64,000 bases of DNA from Gemmatimonadales bacterium. GTDB lineage: Bacteria > Gemmatimonadota > Gemmatimonadetes > Gemmatimonadales > GWC2-71-9. The translations under genes were made by a program, and so were the position numbers. Numbering within the stretch: the stretch's first letter is position 1; each line of letters starts with the position of its first letter. Positions 8,232 through 18,302 of this stretch are shown one piece after another. The stretch spans positions 3,034 through 67,033 of the forward strand of contig JBOHSN010000007.1 in NCBI GenBank assembly GCA_050733215.1, given 5' to 3'. The notes under the pieces were generated by a model. It searched no databases and was not told the DNA's origin. It worked only from the letters and a program-made list of their open reading frames with translations.

Positions 8232-9430
8232 GACTTACGCGCCCGCAATCCGGAGCGACTCCGGTCTTGCGCTGCCGCCAGCTCGGCGCTCGCCGCCCTG
8301 ACCTTCTCGAGCAGCGCCTCGAAGCGTGGCTCGCCCCGCAGGCCGTCCAGGAGCCAGTCGTGCTCGGCGAGGAACGGGTAGTTCAGCATGCCGAGCCCGA
8401 ACTCGCGCTCGAGGCAGTCCAAGGCAAGCTCCTTCTCGCCTGCCAGCGCATAGTAGTGCGCGAGCTCGCGCGCGAACATCTCCGTGCCTCGTGCGGCGGC
8501 CTCGAACGCGGGCGTGATCGCGCGCAGGGCATCGTGGGACTCGCCGCGCAGCCCATGGGCGAGGGAGCGAGCCCAGGACGCGAAGGCGGTTCCCAGGAAG
8601 CGGTCGGCCGCGGCGTCGAGCACGGCGGTGGCTTCCTCGAGCCGGCGGTCATACGCCAGCGCCCAGCCGAGGCACACTGCGGCGAGCGGACCCTCCGGGT
8701 CCATTCGTGAAGCGGCGATAGGGCTCGACGGCGTCCGCGGAGCGTCCCTCCAGAACGGCAACGAAGCCCTGCATGCCCTGAGTGAGCGGCGTGAGCGGGT
8801 CGAGCTCGAGAGCGCGCTCCAGGAGTGCGCGCGCGTCCGCGTTGCGGCCGCCGTGTCCGTAGACGTAGCCGAGCAGGAGGAGGGTGTCCGGGTCGTCGGG
8901 CTCGAGTAGGCCATCGCGATGTAAAGCCGACTCCCCTCGAGGTCCCCGGCCCCAGCTGTGTCGACCCGATCTCGTAAACGACCCCGATGTTGGGGTGGTC
9001 CAGTGCCGAGGCGGCCCGGGCTTCGCTCTTCAGACGCGCTTGGGCCTCCGGGTCTGCAGTGAGATGAAAAGGAAGAAACTTGAGGGCCACCAGCCGATCG
9101 AGCGCGAGGTCACGGGCCTTGTAGACCACGCCCATTCCCCCGCCGCCGAGGCGCTCGAGGATCTCGTAATGACAACGACCTGCCCGGCAGGCAGGATCGC
9201 CTCTGAAAGGGCCAGGATCGCCGTCGGAAGGACCTGCTCTCGCAACCAGTCGAGGAAGTCCGGCGCAGCGGCGTGGGAGGCGAGCAGGGAGGTCAGCTCA
9301 GCACGGAGCTCGGCGTCGCTGCCGCAGGCTTTCTCGACGAAGGCGGCGCGACTCTCCGGCGACAGCCGAGCGCTCGTTCGAGTAACTCCAGCAGACGCGG
9401 TCGGTCCGCCCCGCTGCGGGCATCGGTCAT
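8228..9430 (-). pseudogene. Frameshifted, internally deleted Hanks-type Ser/Thr kinase with TPR-like C-terminus
   Basis: At least four frame changes are needed: MTDA..ELLERALG, then [29 protein letters not shown], then [32 protein letters not shown]. The catalytic core is then missing. The TPR-like tail is split over two frames and ends [28 protein letters not shown]. Confidence 0.8.
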
Positions 9431-9595
9431 ACGTGAGAGACTAGGAGGGCATCGCCCGATCGCAAAAGACTACAGACCCTCCACCCCCCTGCAATGCGTT
9501 CGTCTCGGCACCCCCGGCCCATACGGAAGAAGCTCCCGCGGCTCCAGCGGGGGCTCGCGAAGTAGGTCCCCCAGTCGCTTCGCTGAGGGGGAAGC

Positions 9596-10009
9596 TCAGG
9601 CCTTCAAGGTCACCGACTCGAGTGCGAGTTCCGATACCCGAGCGAACTCCCGCCTGTTCGTGCTCATGATCGTCAGGGAATGCGCCAGGGCGGTGGCCGC
9701 GATCCAGAGGTCGTGAGCCCCGATTAAGCGCCCCACCGCCTCCAGATCCGCCCAGAGCTTGGCGTGAACCCGAGCAGTCGTCAGATCGAGCTCGAGAATC
9801 GGAAAGGCCGCGAGCACCGCCTCCACAAAGGCGGAGCGGGTGAGGCGCCGCCTGGGAGTATCGGCGCGGTGAACACCGTGGAGCAACTCGCTCGCCGTGA
9901 TGGTGGAGAGATAGGTCAGGTCGAGCCGTCCCGCCGTGACCGCGCCCAGGTCGAGCTGGCCCCGCTCGGCCGCGATGATGATGGAGCTGTCGAGGAGAAT
10001 GCCGCTCAC
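9596..10009 (-). CDS. vapC: PIN-domain toxin VapC
   Basis: 137 aa. LLDSSIIIAAERG N-terminus and DLWIAATALAHSLTIMSTNRREF C-terminus. 4-nt overlap with the antitoxin gene. Confidence 0.9.
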   Translation of the reverse strand: MSGILLDSSIIIAAERGQLDLGAVTAGRLDLTYLSTITASELLHGVHRADTPRRRLTRSAFVEAVLAAFPILELDLTTARVHAKLWADLEAVGRLIGAHDLWIAATALAHSLTIMSTNRREFARVSELALESVTLKA

Positions 10010-10284
10010 CGCGCCCAGGGGTCGCGGATCGGCTGAGCGTCGAGCGCCGCGCGGCCCGACTCGACATCTGCCTCGAAGGCCGCGGCGTCATCAGGATCGA
10101 GATGAGGGAAGGAGGCAAAAAGGGCGGGCAAGTCCGCTAGTGGCACGCCAGTATTTACCGGGCGCAATTCGGCCACGGGGCGGTTTCCCCGAAGGAGCAC
10201 GTATCGCTCCCGCCGGAACAGAACCCGATTGATGTAGTCCGAGAAGTGCCGAGCCACTTCGGTCACAGTGCGGGAGATCGGCAT
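10006..10284 (-). CDS. vapB: Phd/YefM-type antitoxin (VapB)
   Basis: 92 aa. N-terminus ISRTVTEVARHFSDYINRV...VLLRGNRPVAELRP is typical of Phd/YefM antitoxins. Confidence 0.85.
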   Translation of the reverse strand: MPISRTVTEVARHFSDYINRVLFRRERYVLLRGNRPVAELRPVNTGVPLADLPALFASFPHLDPDDAAAFEADVESGRAALDAQPIRDPWAR

Positions 10285-10294
10285 GACTCATATT

Positions 10295-10309
10295 ATCAGA
10301 TTATCTGAT
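10295..10309. promoter_or_regulatory. Candidate VapB operator palindrome
   Basis: Perfect 15-bp palindrome ATCAGAT-T-ATCTGAT, 11 nt upstream of the vapB start, in a locally AT-rich patch. Confidence 0.5.
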
Positions 10310-10329
10310 GTCGCACAACTCCTCGTCAC

Positions 10330-10469
10330 GCCGAGGCGGGTCGCTGCCCTTTTCGGCCCACCATCGAGACCCATTCGACCGGCTCGCTCAGGCAGACATC
10401 GAGGGGCTCACCCTGGTGACTCGAAACCGGGTCGTCGGACGATACGCCGTGGGGGTCATCGAGGCCTGA
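10330..10469 (+). pseudogene. C-terminal remnant of a second PIN-domain toxin
   Basis: In-frame HRDPFDRLAQADIEGLTLVTRNRVVGRYAVGVIEA* resembles the H.DPFDR..AQA...L.LVT C-terminus of PIN toxins. No N-terminal part and no start codon. Confidence 0.4.
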
Positions 10470-10581
10470 AACCCACTCAATCCGTGCGGTGCTTCCAGAG
10501 ATCGGCGAGTGCGGCGCAACCGACTCCTTTCGCGTGAGAGCGAGCTGCGATGGAGGCCGTGCATTCGGCGGCCTCGTCAGG

Positions 10582-12858
10582 CTACCGCAGGCGGGGGGTG
10601 TAGCGGTTCAGCGTCGCGTAGGACGGCGGCCAGGGGAGGGTGTGACCCAGGTCAGCGGCCGCATGCCGGGTCCAGTAGGGGTCCCACAGGTGAGCCCGCG
10701 CCAGCACCACCAGATCGGCGCGGCCAGCCGCCAGGATGGTGTTGACGTCGGCCGGCGACGAGATGTTTCCCACGGTCATCGTGGGCACCCGCGCTTCGTG
10801 CCGGATCCGATCACTGAAGGGAGTCTGGAACTGGCGGCCGTAGACCGGCTTCCCCTCAGCGACGGTCTGCCCCGCAGAGACGTCCACGATATCGGCCCCG
10901 GCGGCGACGACCATCCGGGCTACCTCCACCGCGTCGTGCGGCTCCATCCCGCCCGGCGCCCAGTCCACGGCCGAGATCCTGACAGACAGCGGTCTGGCCT
11001 GGGGCCACTCGGCGCGGACCCGGGTCACGATTTCCAGCGGGTAACGCATGCGGTTGGCCAGGGATCCACCGTACTCGTCGGTTCGCCGGTTGGTGAGGGG
11101 CGAAATGAACGAGGCCAGGAGGTACCCGTGCGCCAGGTGCAGCTCCAGCAAGTCGAACCCGGCGGCGTCGGCCATCCTGGTGGCGCGGACAAAGTCGGCG
11201 CCCACCTGGTCCATGTCGCCCCGGGTCATCTCTCTGGGCGTCTGGTTGTGGGGCCGGTAGGGGATGGGAGACGCCGCGATCAGCGGCCAGTTCCCTTTGG
11301 CCAGCGGCTCATCCTCGCCTTCCCAGGGCACCCGGGTCGAGCCTTTCCTGCCCGCGTGCGCCAGCTGGATGCCGATCTTGGCCTCGCTCTCCTGGTGCAC
11401 GAACTCCACGATCCGCTGCCACCCGCGGACGTGGTCCGGGAGATACATCCCGGTGCAGCCGGGGGAGATCCGGGCCTCGCGGCTCACGTCGGTCATCTCG
11501 GTCATCACCAACCCGGCGCCGCCGATCGCCCGGCTGGCGAGGTGCACCAGGTGCCAATCATTCGGAAGCCCGTCGTCCGCCCGGTACTGGCACATCGACG
11601 ACACCACGATCCTGTTAGGCAGCACCAGCTCTCGAAGCCGGTAGGGCGTAAACAACGGTGGAGGGGCGGGATCGACCGTCACAGGGCGCCCGCTCTGCCT
11701 GCCAGCCTGCTCGGCGAACCAGCGGTCCACCTGCATCACCAGCGCGGGATCGCGCAGCTTCAGGTTTTCGTGGGTGATGCGGAGGCTCCGGGTGAGCAGG
11801 GTGAAGGCGAACTGGAGCGGCTCGGTGTCATGGTAGCGTTCCGCCGATTCGAACCACTCGAGGCTTGCCTGGGCCGCGCGCTGGAGACTCTCCACCTGGG
11901 GCCGCCGGCCGGCCTCGTAGCTGGCGAGCGCAGCGGGAATCGATGCTTCGGTCTTGAGCGCCGCCGCCAGTGCAATGGCGTCCTCCATCGCCAGCTTGGT
12001 GCCCGAGCCCACCGAGAAGTGCGCCGTATGGGCGGCGTCGCCCAGCAGCACGACGTTCCCCGAATGCCAGCGGGCGTTCCGGACGGTGGGGAACCGCCGC
12101 CAGATGGAGCGGTTGGCCAGGAGCCGGTGGCCGTGCAACTCGTCGTTGAAAAGGTGCTCCAGGTAAGCGACCGTGGCCTGCTCGTCAGTCTCGTCGAGGC
12201 CGCTCGCCTTCCAGGTCTCCTCCCGGGCCTCGACGATGAAGGTCGAGCGACCCGGGGCATACTGGTAGGCATGGGTGCGCCAGAGCCCGACCGGCGAAGG
12301 CTTGAAGTAGAAGGTGAAAGCGGGAAAGGGACGGGTGCTGCCGAGCCAGACGAAGCGGTTCTGGCGCCAATCGAGGTGAGGTTGGAACTGATCCGACAGC
12401 CGGTCGCGGATCAGGCTGGCGGCGCCGTCGGCGGCGACGATCAGATCGGCGGCGGGAAGACCGCAGTCGGTAAGGTCTCGGATCTCCCGCTGCCAATGAA
12501 CCTCGACCCCGAGCGATTGCGCCCGTCTTGCGAGCAGCTCCAGCAGGGTCTTCCGTTCCAGTCCGGAGAAGCGATGCCCCGTCGACCGCATGACGGTGTC
12601 GCGGTAGTGGATCTCGATATCCTCCCACCGCGCCGCGGCAGCGGCCATCGCCTGGTTGGTCTCGGGATCGGCCTCGCCGACGTTCTCGAGGGTCTCGTCG
12701 GAGAACACCACTCCGAAGCCGAACGTGTCCTCGACCCGGTTCCGCTCGTAGACCGTCACCTGGTGGCGGGGGTCGTGGCACTTGAGCAGGATGGCGAGAT
12801 AGAGGCCGGCGGGCCCCGCCCCCACAATGGTGACGTTCACCTGGTGGCCGGCTCCCAC
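10582..12858 (-). CDS. Two-domain flavoprotein: FAD monooxygenase fused to OYE-type reductase (2-aminobenzoyl-CoA monooxygenase/reductase or salicylyl-CoA 5-hydroxylase type)
   Basis: 758 aa. N-terminal [14 protein letters not shown] and [23 protein letters not shown]-terminal OYE TIM-barrel motifs [26 protein letters not shown]. Confidence 0.85.
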   Translation of the reverse strand: MGAGHQVNVTIVGAGPAGLYLAILLKCHDPRHQVTVYERNRVEDTFGFGVVFSDETLENVGEADPETNQAMAAAAARWEDIEIHYRDTVMRSTGHRFSGLERKTLLELLARRAQSLGVEVHWQREIRDLTDCGLPAADLIVAADGAASLIRDRLSDQFQPHLDWRQNRFVWLGSTRPFPAFTFYFKPSPVGLWRTHAYQYAPGRSTFIVEAREETWKASGLDETDEQATVAYLEHLFNDELHGHRLLANRSIWRRFPTVRNARWHSGNVVLLGDAAHTAHFSVGSGTKLAMEDAIALAAALKTEASIPAALASYEAGRRPQVESLQRAAQASLEWFESAERYHDTEPLQFAFTLLTRSLRITHENLKLRDPALVMQVDRWFAEQAGRQSGRPVTVDPAPPPLFTPYRLRELVLPNRIVVSSMCQYRADDGLPNDWHLVHLASRAIGGAGLVMTEMTDVSREARISPGCTGMYLPDHVRGWQRIVEFVHQESEAKIGIQLAHAGRKGSTRVPWEGEDEPLAKGNWPLIAASPIPYRPHNQTPREMTRGDMDQVGADFVRATRMADAAGFDLLELHLAHGYLLASFISPLTNRRTDEYGGSLANRMRYPLEIVTRVRAEWPQARPLSVRISAVDWAPGGMEPHDAVEVARMVVAAGADIVDVSAGQTVAEGKPVYGRQFQTPFSDRIRHEARVPTMTVGNISSPADVNTILAAGRADLVVLARAHLWDPYWTRHAAADLGHTLPWPPSYATLNRYTPRLR

Positions 12859-14294
12859 GCCGGGGCCACCAGCCGCCGGCGGCCGTCGGCGGTGCGGGGC
12901 GTATCGTCCCCGTCGAGAACCAGGTGGTCCCAGAGCTTGCAGGTCACCTGCTTGTGCACCTGATCGAGGCCCTCGCAGTAGTTGGTGAAGACACAGCGCC
13001 GCACCTCTTGCCCCAAGCCCAGTCTGAGCTTCCGGAACCAGTCGGGGTCAGCCAGGCTCTGCCGGGCGGACGCGATGATGTCCGCCACGCCGGTCCGGAG
13101 CAACTCCTCGGCCTGCTCGAAGGTCGAGATGCCGCCCGATAGGACCACCGGCGTCCGGCACCCCACGGCGTGCACCGCCTCCCGCACGGCGCGGACGGCC
13201 TCCCGGTTCCGGCCGAACGGTCCTCGTTCATCCGACCGCACGGTCGGCATGCACTCGTAGCCACTGGGCCCCGTGTAGGGATAGCTGGCCCAGCCCACCC
13301 GCGGCTGCTTGGCGTCCTCGAACTTGCCCCCGCGAGAGAGCGAGAGGTAGTCCATCCGGGCCCGCGCAAACTCGGCTCCGAACCAGGCCGCATCCTCCGC
13401 GGTGTTTCCTCCCGGAATGCATTCCTCGGCCAGGAACCGGCATCCCACCACGAATCGCTGGCTCACCGCGCCTCGCACCGCGCGATAGACCTCGAGCGGC
13501 AATTTCACCCGATTCGCCCGGGACCCCCCGTAGCCATCGTCCCGCTGGTTCAGCGCGGAGAGAAACGACGCCATGGTGTAGGCGTGGGCGTAGTGCAGCT
13601 CCACTCCGTCGAACCCCGCCTCTTCGGCCCGCGCCGCCGCTCGAGCGAACAATCCCGGCAGTACCCGTGGCAGCTCCCGAATGTGCGGCAGCCCGGTATC
13701 GGTAACCCGCTCCCGCTCGCCGAATCGCACGCTCTCGAGCTCCCGCTCATCCAGAAACTCGGGCCACGCCTCCTCGGGCAATCGCGCCAGCGCCTCCCGG
13801 ATGGCGTCGTCGCTGCCTGGCAACAGCGCGCGGTGCCGGTCGGTGATACTCAAGAACTCGCGGAAGTATCGCTCCGGCTCCGGCCGGCGGCGGATCCGGA
13901 GGAAATCGATGATCTGGATGAACAGCCGAGTGCGTCCGCCGCTCGACTGACGGACGGTGCGCACCAGCTCCGCGAGGCCGGGGATGAACCGATCGTGCCC
14001 GATCCGGAGCAGCGGACCGCTGGGAATGTCCCGGATTCCGGTCGCCTCGACGACCAGCGCCCCGGGTTGTCCCCGCGCGAAACGCTCGTACCACGCCAGG
14101 ACCTCAGGGGTCACCAGCCCGTCGTCGGTAGCCCGCCAGGGCACCATGGCCGGAACCCAGGTGCGCTCGGTCAGCTCGAGCCGGCCGGAGCGGAGGGGGC
14201 TGAACCAGAGCGATCGGCCCGCCTCTTCCGCCGTGGGAGGGTGCGTCCCCGGGATGGGATGTTTGACGAAGGGGTCAGGGTGCCACATAGCCAC
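12837..14294 (-). CDS. NADH:flavin oxidoreductase (Old Yellow Enzyme family)
   Basis: 485 aa. [25 protein letters not shown] motif. Overlaps the downstream monooxygenase/reductase gene by 22 nt. Codons ~24-48 are duplicated at 19188-19263. Confidence 0.85.
   Translation of the reverse strand: MAMWHPDPFVKHPIPGTHPPTAEEAGRSLWFSPLRSGRLELTERTWVPAMVPWRATDDGLVTPEVLAWYERFARGQPGALVVEATGIRDIPSGPLLRIGHDRFIPGLAELVRTVRQSSGGRTRLFIQIIDFLRIRRRPEPERYFREFLSITDRHRALLPGSDDAIREALARLPEEAWPEFLDERELESVRFGERERVTDTGLPHIRELPRVLPGLFARAAARAEEAGFDGVELHYAHAYTMASFLSALNQRDDGYGGSRANRVKLPLEVYRAVRGAVSQRFVVGCRFLAEECIPGGNTAEDAAWFGAEFARARMDYLSLSRGGKFEDAKQPRVGWASYPYTGPSGYECMPTVRSDERGPFGRNREAVRAVREAVHAVGCRTPVVLSGGISTFEQAEELLRTGVADIIASARQSLADPDWFRKLRLGLGQEVRRCVFTNYCEGLDQVHKQVTCKLWDHLVLDGDDTPRTADGRRRLVAPAWEPATR
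14149..14224. repeat. Direct repeat copy 1 (inside the OYE 5' coding region)
   Basis: 76 nt with 3 mismatches to 19188-19263, followed by ~20 nt of weaker similarity. Confidence 0.9.
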
Positions 14295-14546
14295 ATGCGC
14301 ATCAGATGCGGGCCATCATCCTAGCGCCCGCACAAACATTAGTTCTGCAACGTTCCTCAACGCACGGTCCCGCCTAAGCGGAGCTTGGGGCACTCCCGCC
14401 AGTCGGCTGAATGCGCGGTTAGGCTGCAGCCCCACTTGCCAAGTCAGGTCGGGCTCTGGGGCGGCAGTCCGGCAGGACGCGAAAGATACTCGTCTACAGC
14501 GGCCTGCCCAGCCGGAGTAAGCGGGCGCCCCCGTGAGGTCGGTAGT

Positions 14547-16178
14547 TCAACTCCTCGCCCCCTCGGTCGCCCGGATGAGCCCAGGCAGGAGGCAAAGACG
14601 GAGGGTCAGCCACCACAGATACATCACCGGCCACGCGTAGAACTCCCCGTCGTTCATGAGTCCGTGCGCCATCCGATTTCGAATGTTCCCGCCAGCTGGC
14701 TCCACCGTCAGTCCCTGAAGCGCGAACACTACGTCCTCTCCCAGCACCTCCTTCAGACGCGGCAGGTAGAGGAGCTTGTTGAGACCGAACTCCGGCTGCA
14801 GACCGTACCGGTCCAAGCCGGAAACCCTCTCCCCCACTCGTTGTAGAAGCACACGGATGGCATGCTCGACCTGCGGCGCCAAGAGATGCGTTGCCTGAAC
14901 CGGATCTCCATAGAACCCCGCCACCAGCCCGTCGGCAAAGAGCCGTTCTCGTCCCCGCGGGACCAACTGGTTGAACTCCAGCAGTGGGAGAAGATCACCC
15001 GCTGCGAGCGGGTGATCGCTCAGAATCTGACGCCGCATGGGATCGATGATCATTTGTGGCAATGTGTCATGGTATTGTGCCGCGAGAGCGAGCATTTCCA
15101 TTCGCAGCGCGGCCTCGCGTTCGGATGGATCATCCGACGCCAGCGAAGCCTGACGGGCCACGACTTTCCCTTCGGTGCTGAAGAAGACCTTCGGAAAGAG
15201 CGACATCAGGAGGTACTGCTTGGCGTGTTCCTCGGACGTCTCCCTGAGCCGAGCGACAGTCGGAACCGGCGGGTAATTCGCGAAGACGAGCAGAGCTTCG
15301 AGCGCCTCCGCTACGTATGCCTCGGCGACCGCCAGCAGATGTGAGCGCTGCTCCTCCGGGTCCTTGGCTCGACCGGCCCACTCGGCCGCTAACGCCCAGT
15401 ATTCACGGGCGCGATGGAATTCCTTGATCCCGAGGGCACGCTGAGCAATGTCGGCGGCCATCGTGGCGTACCGTGCGCCGTCTTCCGTCCTCATTTCCAG
15501 CAGCAGGCGCATCAGCTTGGCGCAGAGGAAGCCTGTGTCCACCGGGGCCAACCGGGCGAGCAGCTCCTGGATGAACCCCACGACTCGCCGCAGCTCCTCG
15601 TTCCCACGACCGAGCTGCAGGGCGATGATTAGGGCGCGCTGCAGGGCCGGAAACTCCTCAGGCCACCCCCCGGGGTCGATCTGGTCAGCGAGGCTCAGGT
15701 ACGCGGTCACCGCGACCTTTGCCGCGCGATGGGCCCGGATCCGCACCCAAGCCACGTCGCCCAATCGGGCTCGAACGCGCGGGTCAGCCGTGTTCTCCGC
15801 CAGCTCGGAGAAAGTCTCGACCGCTTCCTGGCTCAAGTCCTCGATGCCGCCTGTTCGAAAGCCCTGGGTCACCATCCACGGGGTGAACGGATCGTTGGGA
15901 CGATCGACGCGAAACCCAAGGGAACAGACGTCGGCGAGGCTTTGGAAGACTGCAGCCGTGACGTTGTCGCCAGCACCCGCGGCGTGGCGCGCTTCCTCGC
16001 CGAAACGGCCTGCGAGCTCGTACAGCCGGCGGAACGGCGCCCTTGCTACGATCGCTTGCCAGTCGACGGTCGCGAAGTCGGCGAAGGTCGGTCGTGGCAT
16101 CGGGTCGGTGCGGTCGTCCGCGGTGCCTGGATTGGGAGCGGACATGTCAACTTCGACCTTTCCGGGTAGGGCAACCAT
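14547..16178 (-). CDS. Large hypothetical protein with C-terminal HEPN-like Rx4H motif (DUF4209-like)
   Basis: 543 aa, mostly alpha-helical by composition. GGNIRNRMAHG is encoded at 14664-14693. An alternative ATG lies at 16145. Confidence 0.6.
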   Translation of the reverse strand: MVALPGKVEVDMSAPNPGTADDRTDPMPRPTFADFATVDWQAIVARAPFRRLYELAGRFGEEARHAAGAGDNVTAAVFQSLADVCSLGFRVDRPNDPFTPWMVTQGFRTGGIEDLSQEAVETFSELAENTADPRVRARLGDVAWVRIRAHRAAKVAVTAYLSLADQIDPGGWPEEFPALQRALIIALQLGRGNEELRRVVGFIQELLARLAPVDTGFLCAKLMRLLLEMRTEDGARYATMAADIAQRALGIKEFHRAREYWALAAEWAGRAKDPEEQRSHLLAVAEAYVAEALEALLVFANYPPVPTVARLRETSEEHAKQYLLMSLFPKVFFSTEGKVVARQASLASDDPSEREAALRMEMLALAAQYHDTLPQMIIDPMRRQILSDHPLAAGDLLPLLEFNQLVPRGRERLFADGLVAGFYGDPVQATHLLAPQVEHAIRVLLQRVGERVSGLDRYGLQPEFGLNKLLYLPRLKEVLGEDVVFALQGLTVEPAGGNIRNRMAHGLMNDGEFYAWPVMYLWWLTLRLCLLPGLIRATEGARS

Positions 16179-16248
16179 GATCCCGAGTAGGGTGATTAAG
16201 TTGTAACATGACTTGGGCTTGCGGCCCCAGGGCCAAGCCTTGCGATGG

Positions 16249-16262
16249 CCATAGATCTATGG
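16249..16262. promoter_or_regulatory. Candidate operator in the divergent promoter region
   Basis: Perfect 14-bp palindrome CCATAGATCTATGG in the AT-rich 130-bp spacer between the HEPN-like gene and the Xre-RES operon. Confidence 0.45.
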
Positions 16263-16309
16263 TATATTAACGGTAACTAACAGCAGGATATACCGCTAAG
16301 CTGGAGTAT

Positions 16310-17116
16310 ATGATGCCCCCAGCCAAGAAACCACTCCCCGACGCGGTCGCTAGCGGCGTGGATGCGCTTGCCACCCTGGTCGCCGAACGCAGCAAGTCGG
16401 CCGAGAGTCCCAGTGGCGTGTGGTTCAAGCTGCCCAAGCATCCCGCTCGTCTGGCAAAAGGCGAGTTGCTCATCGCGGTCATCGAGGACAATGCGGTCGT
16501 AGTGCGCACCGTGCGCAGACCCCCCGGGCTCAGAGTCGGAGGCTGGTCCAACGCCGTTCGCGCGAGCTACGTCGCCCAGCGCCTCGGGGATATCGAGACC
16601 ACGGTGGGCCAGGTCCTGAATGCGGCCCTCGGCGGGGCGTCTGAATCGAGTGTCCTGACGGAGGACGAGGAACGCGTTCTAGCCTCGGGCGATTTGGACA
16701 CTTCATCGCTCCCGGTGGAGGATGCAGAGCCGATCACCCGGGCCGCACTCGAGTATGCGCACCTGCTTCAATCCAGCCTAAGCGTCGACGAAGCCGCGAA
16801 ACGGCTGGACGTGGACCCCAGCCGAATCCGGCAGCGTCTCGCCGGTGAATCGCGTACTCTGTATGGGGTGAAAGAGGGGAAGAGCTGGCGACTGCCGCGA
16901 TTTCAGTTCGCCGGACGAAAACCGGTGCCGGGAGTCGACCGGGTCATTGCGGCGCTTCCGGCGGATCTGCATCCCGTCGCGGTGTGGCGGTGGTTCACGA
17001 CTCCGCATCCCGACTTGTGCGCGGACGCCGAGGAGGAGCAGCCGATCTCGCCCCTCGACTGGCTGCGAACCGGACGGCCGCCGGAAGTAGTCGCGGAAAT
17101 CGCCCGCGGGGCCTGA
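16310..17116 (+). CDS. Xre-like antitoxin of a RES toxin (HTH + toxin-binding domain) with ~120-aa N-terminal extension
   Basis: C-terminal half SLSVDEAAKRLDVDPSRIRQRL...WRLPRFQF...HPVAVWRWFTTPHPDL matches the Xre/MbcA/ParS antitoxin architecture. A RES gene follows 13 nt downstream. Confidence 0.75.
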   Translation: MMPPAKKPLPDAVASGVDALATLVAERSKSAESPSGVWFKLPKHPARLAKGELLIAVIEDNAVVVRTVRRPPGLRVGGWSNAVRASYVAQRLGDIETTVGQVLNAALGGASESSVLTEDEERVLASGDLDTSSLPVEDAEPITRAALEYAHLLQSSLSVDEAAKRLDVDPSRIRQRLAGESRTLYGVKEGKSWRLPRFQFAGRKPVPGVDRVIAALPADLHPVAVWRWFTTPHPDLCADAEEEQPISPLDWLRTGRPPEVVAEIARGA

Positions 17117-17129
17117 GTCGCCGCTGGCG

Positions 17130-17756
17130 GTGGCCAAGTTTCCCGAGCCGCCTTCGGTGGCCACGCTCGCCGCGGTTCATCCGGACCGTGCTGTCGTCCC
17201 CCAGAGCACTAGGCTCTGGCGAATCTACTTTGCCGGGGGTGCTTACCCCGTCGCCTGGAATGCCTTTCGGGATTTCGGTCCTACGAACAGCCGGTTCGAC
17301 CATCATCTCCCACCAAGCGCGGTACAGGACCGGGGCATTCTCTACGCGGCTACAAACGGAATGACGCCGTTCGCGGAGGTCTTTCAGGAGACCCGCGTGA
17401 TCGACCGGCGCCGAAACGCACCCTGGTTGGTGGCGTTCGATTTGGGCCGGCCGCTCGAGCTCCTCGATCTCACCGATAGCTGGCCGACTCGCGCGGGGGC
17501 ATCCATGGCCATCAATTCCGGGCCACGGCCCAAAGCCCGCCGGTGGTCGCAACGGATCTACGAGGCGTACCCGACGATCGAGGGCCTGTCGTATCCCTCC
17601 TCCATGGACGGCAACCGTCCCGCCGTGGCGCTGTACGAGCGGGCGCTGGACGCCTTGCCCGCGCGGCCCGTTTTCCACCGGGCGCTTGCGGACCCGGCAC
17701 TTTCGGTCGCCGTGATTCGGGCTGCGCGGAGGTTTGGCTATGCCGTCGTGGGATGA
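17130..17756 (+). CDS. RES-domain toxin (MbcT/ParT-like)
   Basis: 208 aa, GTG start. R/E/S signature positions in NSRFDHH, TPFAEVF and LSYPSSMDG. Confidence 0.8.
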   Translation: MAKFPEPPSVATLAAVHPDRAVVPQSTRLWRIYFAGGAYPVAWNAFRDFGPTNSRFDHHLPPSAVQDRGILYAATNGMTPFAEVFQETRVIDRRRNAPWLVAFDLGRPLELLDLTDSWPTRAGASMAINSGPRPKARRWSQRIYEAYPTIEGLSYPSSMDGNRPAVALYERALDALPARPVFHRALADPALSVAVIRAARRFGYAVVG

Positions 17757-18302
17757 CCTGATTCTACTCCCCGCTCACGACCGGGTCCACCGATTGCTGA
17801 CGCTTCAGCACTCATAGGCGCGCCCGCTTCCAGCGCTGGCTCATCTCGATCACTCCGTCCCGACACGTCTGCGCGATAACTGCTGCCGCTGTGAAGGGGG
17901 CCGAGGGCGAGGCGACCTGAGAGGCCGTAGAGTATTGGGCCACAATGCGAGTTCGCACACGCAGTCGTGGCCTGAAATCGGGAAGGGAGCGTCGTTGCGC
18001 TCACCGTTCGAGTTCATGGTGCAGATGGGGCGAATAGGTGTCGGCTGCTAGCGGTAGGAGCCTAGCCTGTTCGCATACTGCCGACGAGAACCGGAACAGC
18101 ATCTTGAGTCGGCGTATTTTGCCACGAGAATACTCCTACCTCTAAGCGCGCTTCCCTGATGGCATTCGCCGGCTCGGAAAAGATCCGGAAGCGAAATGGA
18201 TGGTTTCTTATTTGCGCAACCGAGGGCCAAGGCTGAACGGATAGGACAGGGCACCAGCCTGACTAACACTCCTAGGACATCGTAAGCGCGAGCGGTACCG
18301 TC

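Noticed and set aside
10489-12963. 824-aa ORF on the plus strand
   Set aside because: It is antisense to the well-supported monooxygenase/reductase and OYE genes. Its composition is Arg/Gly/Pro/Ala-rich with no motifs, a typical high-GC shadow ORF.
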